Assembly (NCBI GenBank): GCA_963822705.1
Contig: CAWGIX010000006.1
Span: forward strand, 109,567-173,566
Length of the DNA stretch: 64,000 nt
Reading direction: 5' to 3'
Origin: an uncultured Pseudomonadota bacterium
GTDB taxonomy: Bacteria; Pseudomonadota; Alphaproteobacteria; Acetobacterales; Acetobacteraceae
A program made the translations under genes and the position numbers. Positions within the stretch are counted from its first letter, which is position 1. Each line of letters begins with the position of its first letter. The notes beneath the pieces were generated by a model. The model saw only the letters and a list, made by a program, of their open reading frames with translations. It searched no databases and was not told the DNA's origin. Positions 58,381 through 64,000 of this stretch are shown in pieces.

Positions 58381-59331
58381 TCAGCCCCTTGCCTCCGCCG
58401 CAAGCCGCGACAGTCGGTCGAGCACAGGGCCGCGCGCGGGAATGTCGATATGAAACACCTCGGCGATGGCGCGCGTCCAGCCGTGCAGGAAATAGACCCA
58501 CCCGTCTTCGACGTGCAGGTGACGGGCCTGGGCCTGCCGCCTGGCTTGCTGAACGAACAAAAGGTCGCCGCGATAATTCAGGTCCCAGGCGAAGCCATGC
58601 AGCGGAAAAACGGCCGCATCCGGCAAGGGCGAACCAGGTGCGTCCTTGCCCAGCCCGGTGGCATTGATCACCAGCGACTGTGCCGGCAGGTCCGGCAAAA
58701 CGGCGGCATTCTCGGTTTCGGTCGCGGCATGGACATAGGTGATCGGCAAGTCGAACCCGAGCCGGCGATGCGCGGCACGAAAATCCTCCAGCCGTGCCGG
58801 ATCGCGGTCGGATATGACCAGCCGCGCCGGCCGGTCCTTTCCGCGCGCCGTTTCGGAGAGACAGCAGGTGATGGCCAGTGCCGCGCCGCCGGCGCCGATG
58901 ATGAAGCAGGCGGCGCCGGTCCGCTGCCAATGATCCTTCGGCAGCATCGGCTCCAGCGCCAGCGCGCTGGCGATTGGGTCTTTTGCATGACCCATCAGAC
59001 GCCCGTCGGACTTGGACAGGCAGCTCACTTCGCGCAGCGTCTCGGCGTAGGAGTCGAGGTCGTCCAAAAGATCGCCCGCCGCCGCCGCCACATCCAGCTT
59101 GTGCGTCGTGACCAGCGCACCGAGCGAGAGCGGATCGTCCTTTATGAAGCTCACCACCGCCCGATAATGTTCCGGCAACGACCGCGGAGGCAGGTCGATC
59201 CCGTGCAATTCGCAGTCGCCCAGCCCAAGCGCCTCGGCCCAGCGCGGGAACACGCGCATGATCGATGAGCGGCCGGTCGAGACGCCGATGAAATGCAGTG
59301 TCGGGCGGGAGGCGGCCTGCAGCGGTAGCAT
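58381..59331 (-). CDS. Shikimate/quinate dehydrogenase-family protein
   Basis: 'FIGVSTGRSSIMRVFPRW', 'GALVTTHK', 'IIGAGGAALAI', 'LVINATGLG'. 316 aa. Confidence 0.78.
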   Translation of the reverse strand: MLPLQAASRPTLHFIGVSTGRSSIMRVFPRWAEALGLGDCELHGIDLPPRSLPEHYRAVVSFIKDDPLSLGALVTTHKLDVAAAAGDLLDDLDSYAETLREVSCLSKSDGRLMGHAKDPIASALALEPMLPKDHWQRTGAACFIIGAGGAALAITCCLSETARGKDRPARLVISDRDPARLEDFRAAHRRLGFDLPITYVHAATETENAAVLPDLPAQSLVINATGLGKDAPGSPLPDAAVFPLHGFAWDLNYRGDLLFVQQARRQAQARHLHVEDGWVYFLHGWTRAIAEVFHIDIPARGPVLDRLSRLAAEARG

Positions 59332-59721
59332 GTCGCGGCGGCTCCTCCCGGCAGATGGACAACGCTAGGTAACCCGCATGAGGGGATTGCGGCCCATGGC
59401 GAGTTAAGCGGGAATCTGGCCCAGGTTGCGCCACCGGTCCGCGAGTCTACATCCTGGACACGTATCTACGTATATGCCTGGTTGCCATGACAGGTTGATT
59501 CTGAAAGGGAGTATTGAAAGACAATCCGCGAGGCTCGCCGTGGCCGAAAACTTCATTCGCAAGCGGCCATTTGTGAAGGTCGCCAACCTGGCGGTGGGGT
59601 TCCTGCTCGGCTTTACCGGATTGGTAGGCGGCTCCATAGCTTGGCGCACGATCTCGAACGACTTTGCAACGACACTTAATAGCCTAACCATCCTGTCGCT
59701 CCGAAAGGTCTTATAACGATT

Positions 59722-61239
59722 CTGGCTCAACCCAAAGACCTGCTGCTCGCGATCGACGTGGGCACCGGCAGCGTGCGCGCGGCACTGGTCGATCTGCGCG
59801 GCCACATCGTGGCATTCCGCGCCCGCGAGCACGACCAGATCGTGCCGGCATTCGGCTGGGCCGAACAGCGCCCCGCCGACTGGTGGGAGGGTGCGGTCGC
59901 CAGCATTCGCGGCGTGCTCGAGGCCGTGGACCACGCCGCGCATCGCGTCCTCGCCGTCGCGGGCTGCGGCCAGATGCACGGCACCGTACTGCTCGACACT
60001 GCCGGCCAGCCGGTGCTCGACTCCGTACAACTGTGGAACGACAAGCGCGCGCGTGCCCAGGTGGCCGCCTTCACCGCCAGTAACGACGTGGATGCGTTGT
60101 GGGAGCTGACCGCCAACCCTCCTGCCGTCGCCTGGCCCGGCTTCAAATTGCAGTGGATTCGCGAACACCAGCGGGAAGCTTTCGCGCGCGCAAAAACGTT
60201 GCTGATGCCGAAAGACTACATCAATTTCCGCCTTACCGGCCAGCTGGGCATGGACGAGTCCGACGCGTCCTGCACCTATCTGTTCGACGCTCGAACCAAT
60301 GGCTGGAGTGCGCCGCTGACAAAGCGTCTGGACATTGATCCGGTCCTGCTGCCTCCGGTGCATCGGGCCGAGCATCTGCTGGGTGGCGTGACCCCTGCCG
60401 CTGCCAACGAAACCGGACTCCTGGAGGGTACGCCGGTTGCGTCCGGGACCTCCGACTTCGCTGCGACCCTGCTGGGTTCCGGCGTCTCGGCCCTCCATCG
60501 CGGTTCGGACATCACCGGCACGTCCACGCTCATAACCGCCTATGCCGCGCGTCCCGTGCGTGATGCGGTGGTCACCAACATGCGGACCGCCGACGCGGCC
60601 TGGGCGGCTTTCACGATTCTGGACGCCGGCGGCGACGCCATGCGCTGGGCCCGTCGCGTACTGCACCGCAACGAGGCGACCTACGACGAGATCGTCGCAC
60701 TCGCGGCGAGTGCGCCACCGGGGTCGGACCGGCTGCTGTTCTTGCCGTATCTCAATGGCGAGCGGCTCGGCGGAGCGACCAACGCCCGGGCGCAGCTTTT
60801 TGGCCTGACCAGCAGCCATGATGCCGGCCATCTGCATCGCGCGGTGATGGAGGGGGTGGCGTTTGCGTCGCGGCGCAACCTTGCAATTCTGGAGCGGCAG
60901 AGCGGCCGGGTCGAGAGCGTTGTTGCGGCGGGAGGCGGCGCCAAGACGCGGCTTTGGCTCGACATCAAGGCGAGCATTTACGACCGGCCGATTCTGGTAA
61001 CGGCGGAGCCGGAGGCCGGCGTGATGGGCTGCGCGATGATCGCGGCCCGTGCCGGCGGCGCGGTTGCCGACTGGACGGACGCGAGGGCGCGCTTCGTGGC
61101 TTTTGACGCGGAAGTCGCACCCAACCCGGCGTGGCGCGACCGCTATCTTGGGCTCGGGAAAATTTTCGAAGACCTTTACCAGTCGAGCCGCGGCCCCTGG
61201 GACCGCCTCGATGGATTGGAGGCCGGCCCGACCGCCTAG
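59722..61239 (+). CDS. FGGY-family carbohydrate kinase (xylulokinase-like); no canonical start upstream of the essential DxGT loop
   Basis: 'LLLAIDVGTGSVRAALV', 'GQMHG', 'GGGAKTRLW'. The ORF-track GTG at 59758 would delete the 'AID' of the first phosphate loop. The frame is open back to 59683, with only CTG/ATT candidates. Confidence 0.85.
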   Translation: MAQPKDLLLAIDVGTGSVRAALVDLRGHIVAFRAREHDQIVPAFGWAEQRPADWWEGAVASIRGVLEAVDHAAHRVLAVAGCGQMHGTVLLDTAGQPVLDSVQLWNDKRARAQVAAFTASNDVDALWELTANPPAVAWPGFKLQWIREHQREAFARAKTLLMPKDYINFRLTGQLGMDESDASCTYLFDARTNGWSAPLTKRLDIDPVLLPPVHRAEHLLGGVTPAAANETGLLEGTPVASGTSDFAATLLGSGVSALHRGSDITGTSTLITAYAARPVRDAVVTNMRTADAAWAAFTILDAGGDAMRWARRVLHRNEATYDEIVALAASAPPGSDRLLFLPYLNGERLGGATNARAQLFGLTSSHDAGHLHRAVMEGVAFASRRNLAILERQSGRVESVVAAGGGAKTRLWLDIKASIYDRPILVTAEPEAGVMGCAMIAARAGGAVADWTDARARFVAFDAEVAPNPAWRDRYLGLGKIFEDLYQSSRGPWDRLDGLEAGPTA

Positions 61240-62204
61240 AAACCGTGGCTCGCCAGAAACGCATCGCGGCGTTCGGCCGTCGGCAAGCTCTCCATGGCAC
61301 CGGCACCGGTCGCCGTGAGGGCACCATTGGCGCAGGCGCGGCGTGCCCAACGCTCCAGCGTGTCAGCCGCGCCGAGGTCTCCGTGCGCCGCCGCAACGTC
61401 CGTCAGAAGGCTTGCCATGAACGCATCGCCGCAGCCCACGGTGTCAACGACCTTGACCGGAAACCCCGGAACCGTCACGCGGTCGTGCGCTGTCACCAAC
61501 ATTGCGCCGGCGGCGCCGAGCGTGAGCGCCACCGCACGCAGGCCGGAATGCCACAGCCGGGCGATGCCGTCATCGGGGTTCTGCTCACCGGTCAGAAATG
61601 TCAGCTCTTCCTCACTGATTTTCACCAAATTCGCCCCTGTGACTGTTGCAAGCGCCGCCGCGCGCATCGCTTCCGGTTCCGGCCACAGGGATGGACGTAA
61701 GTTGACATCGGCCGAAACCAGCACGCCGGCCTCCCGTGCCACCTGAACCGCCCGCCGCTGCGCCGCTGCGGCGACCGGCTGCGCCAGAACCAGGCTGCCG
61801 ACGTGCAGCATGCGCGCCGCTCGAATCAGGTCGACATCCACCTCCTCGGGGGCGTAGCTCGCGTCGGCGCAGCCGTTGCGATAAAAGATGAAGTCGCGAT
61901 CGCCCTCGGGCGACAGCGTCACTACGGCGAGCGCGGTGTTCCTCTCTGGCGTCAGCACGACGCCCTGCGTCGCTACGCCGTAGCCGGCGAGGGTGGCAAC
62001 CAGCAACCGGCCGAACGCCTCCTCGCCGACCTTGCTCAACATTGCAGCGCTGCCGCCGAGCCGCGCCACGCCCACCGCCACGTTGCCCGGCGCCCCGCCG
62101 GCTTTCGCGGCAAAGCACGCCTGACCATCGGCACCGCGGGCCGGTACCAGGTCGACGATCAGCTCGCCCAGGGCGACAACATCATAGCGCGGCGATACTG
62201 CCAT
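61236..62204 (-). CDS. PfkB-family sugar kinase (fructokinase/KDG-kinase-like)
   Basis: Starts at 'MAVSPRYDVVALGELIVDLV'. 'GGAPGNVAVG', 'DTVGCGDAF'. Its stop overlaps the convergent FGGY stop (CTAG). Confidence 0.88.
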   Translation of the reverse strand: MAVSPRYDVVALGELIVDLVPARGADGQACFAAKAGGAPGNVAVGVARLGGSAAMLSKVGEEAFGRLLVATLAGYGVATQGVVLTPERNTALAVVTLSPEGDRDFIFYRNGCADASYAPEEVDVDLIRAARMLHVGSLVLAQPVAAAAQRRAVQVAREAGVLVSADVNLRPSLWPEPEAMRAAALATVTGANLVKISEEELTFLTGEQNPDDGIARLWHSGLRAVALTLGAAGAMLVTAHDRVTVPGFPVKVVDTVGCGDAFMASLLTDVAAAHGDLGAADTLERWARRACANGALTATGAGAMESLPTAERRDAFLASHGF

Positions 62205-62325
62205 GGCTTGAATGCTTCCCTTTCCCGTTTGCTGGGCTCCCTGTTCGTCGGTATGGGGCAGCGGTCCGCGAACGGCAATGCGGCGGGACGGGAGCGGTCG
62301 CCATTGACAAGCCTGGGGGTGCCCG

Positions 62326-62931
62326 ATGAGATCATCGGTCACGGAATACGGGCAGGAGCCGTCTATGCTGTTCCCCGAGGGCGTCTCGATTGATGGGGTG
62401 ACAGGGGCGGTCTCCCCGGCGACCGGCCGCTACGTCAAGAAACTCTCGGCGCTGCGCGAGCTGTACGAGACCCCGCCGCTGGTCGACGCCTTCATCACCG
62501 AGCATGGCGATGTCGATGCGTACGAAGTTATCGAATACCGCCCCGACGGCAGCGACATCTGTTTCGGCACCACGATCATGGCACCGGGAAAGATCGGCTC
62601 CGAATATTTTCTGACCCGTGGCCACTACCACGCCAAATCCGACCGCGGGGAGACCTATTATACCCAGTCGGGCGAGGGCCTGCTGTTGCTGCATGCACGC
62701 TCCGGTGAGTGCCGCGTGGTGGATATGCGGCCCGGCGTATGCGCCTTCATCCCGCCGGAATGGGCGCACCGATCCGTCAACACCGGCACGGAAAAGCTGG
62801 TGTTCGTCTGGACCTGTTCGATCGACGCGGGACACGATTACGGCGAGATCGCCACGCGCGGCATGCGCCAGCGTGCGGTCGAGCGGGATGGGCGCCCGAC
62901 CGTCGTGCCCAATCATAATTATCGCGACTGA
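62326..62931 (+). CDS. Cupin-type glucose-6-phosphate isomerase (cPGI family)
   Basis: 'LTRGHYHAKSDRGETYYTQSGEG' and 'FIPPEWAHRSVNTG' match the TxGHYH / PPxxxHRxxN cupin-PGI metal-site motifs. 201 aa (start may be ATG 62365). Confidence 0.8.
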   Translation: MRSSVTEYGQEPSMLFPEGVSIDGVTGAVSPATGRYVKKLSALRELYETPPLVDAFITEHGDVDAYEVIEYRPDGSDICFGTTIMAPGKIGSEYFLTRGHYHAKSDRGETYYTQSGEGLLLLHARSGECRVVDMRPGVCAFIPPEWAHRSVNTGTEKLVFVWTCSIDAGHDYGEIATRGMRQRAVERDGRPTVVPNHNYRD

Positions 62932-63017
62932 TCGACCGACAAGCTAACGGGACGGTCACGCCAGTGCAGAACGCACCAAGAGTGGATTGCGAGACAACAA
63001 CAAAGGGAGGAATGAGG

Positions 63018-64000
63018 ATGTCGCCGAAAAAGTGGGGCTGGACGACGATACTGGCGGGGGCGGTGCTTGCCGCCGGTGCGCTGCCGGTGCGCGCGGCCGG
63101 GCAGTTCGACGGGGTGACCGTCAACGTCATGACCCAGACCGGCGCGATCCAGGAGCCGCTGCAGCGCCGCGCGCCGGATTTTGAGAAAATGACCGGCGCC
63201 AAGATCAACATCATCGCCGTGCCGTTCTCGGACCTCTACCAGAAAGTGCTGACCGATTGGGCGAGCGGCACCAACTCGGTCGATGCGGCCGTGTTCGCGC
63301 CGCAATGGATGGTCGACTACGTGGCCGGCGGCTATCTTGAGGAACTCGACGACCGGATCGCCAAGGACAAGGCCATCCAGTGGAACAACATCGCCCCGTT
63401 CTTCCGCGACTTTTCGGCGACCTATGAGCGGCAAGACGTATCTCGTTCCGCTCGACGGCGACTTCCACATGCTGTACTATCGGACCGACGTGTTCGAAAA
63501 GGCCGGCCTGAAGCCGCCGGAGACATGGGATGAATACCTCGCCGACGCCAAGGCGCTCAACGGCAAGGATTTCAACGGCGACGGCACGAAAGGGCTTCGG
63601 TTCCTGCATCGCCAAGAAGCGCAACGCCCAGAGCTACTGGTTCGTCACCGACATAACCGGCTCGATGATCCAGTCGAAGGGCACCAGCCAGGGCACGTTC
63701 TTCGACACCAAGGACATGAAGCCGCTGGTCGACAACGAGGCTTTCCGCAAGGCGCTGGAGTTCCTCAAGGAGATCCGGCAAGTACGGGCCGCCGGACGAG
63801 CTCAACATGGACGTCAGCGACACGCGGCCGCTGTTCGTCTCCGGCAAGTGCGCGCTCAACCTCGACTGGGGTGATGTCGGCGTGCTCGCCATCGACCCAA
63901 AGGTTTCGAAGGTGATCGACAAGACCGGGTCGGTGATCACGCCCGGCTCGAAGGAGGTGCTGAACTGGTCGACCGGCAAGCTCGAGGCCTGCACCAAGGA
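63018..64000 (+). pseudogene. Sugar ABC substrate-binding protein, 3' end outside window; three +1 frameshifts (about 63428, 63592, 63775)
   Basis: Signal 'MSPKKWGWTTILAGAVLAAGALPVRA' after GGGAGG. Segments 'GKTYLVPLDGDFHMLYYRTD', 'FGSCIAKKRNAQSYWFV' and 'GKYGPPDELNMDVSDTRPLFVSGKCALNLDWGD' lie in successive frames. Confidence 0.75.

Overview
High-GC alphaproteobacterial-type chromosomal segment (about two-thirds G+C by eye, not computed; taxon inferred from gene content such as ATP12, AsmA and DUF6481-like). It holds about 70 genes. I saw no rRNA, CRISPR, transposase or integrase. Order along the window: (1) Housekeeping genes: lpdA 3' end, PhzF-family, ilvD, DedA, acylphosphatase, ATP12, AsmA, RluA-family synthase, rarA. 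(2) 11.97-25.4 kb: a complete group 1h (Hhy, 'high-affinity') [NiFe]-hydrogenase locus. It runs hhyS, hhyL, four translationally coupled conserved ORFs of unknown function, the endopeptidase, a 34-aa membrane peptide, then hypF-hypC-SIS-hypD-hypE-hypA-hypB. (3) Zn-ADH, SDR, an ABC exporter, a GT4, a sugar ABC importer, cytochrome b561, LOG, tRNA-Pro(CGG) and apt. (4) A glycan-biosynthesis cluster: GT4, GT2, FkbM methyltransferase, GT2, GT-A-like. (5) KGSADH-like aldehyde dehydrogenase, VapBC, AKR, WD40 plus CobW GTPase, GT4 and an LLM oxidoreductase. (6) FolE in one ORF with a QueD/PTPS-like domain. (7) A periplasmic Mo-oxidoreductase-like protein plus PAS-GGDEF-EAL. (8) A sugar-catabolic cluster with a cupin-type phosphoglucose isomerase. 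The best lead is the uncharacterised four-gene module (plus micro-ORF and SIS gene) inside the hydrogenase locus. Major caveat: at least 19 sites in 16 genes need a single-base frame correction, often at short homopolymers, and I saw no nonsense codons. This looks like indel sequencing noise rather than biological decay, so 'pseudogene' calls below mean 'frameshifted as given'.
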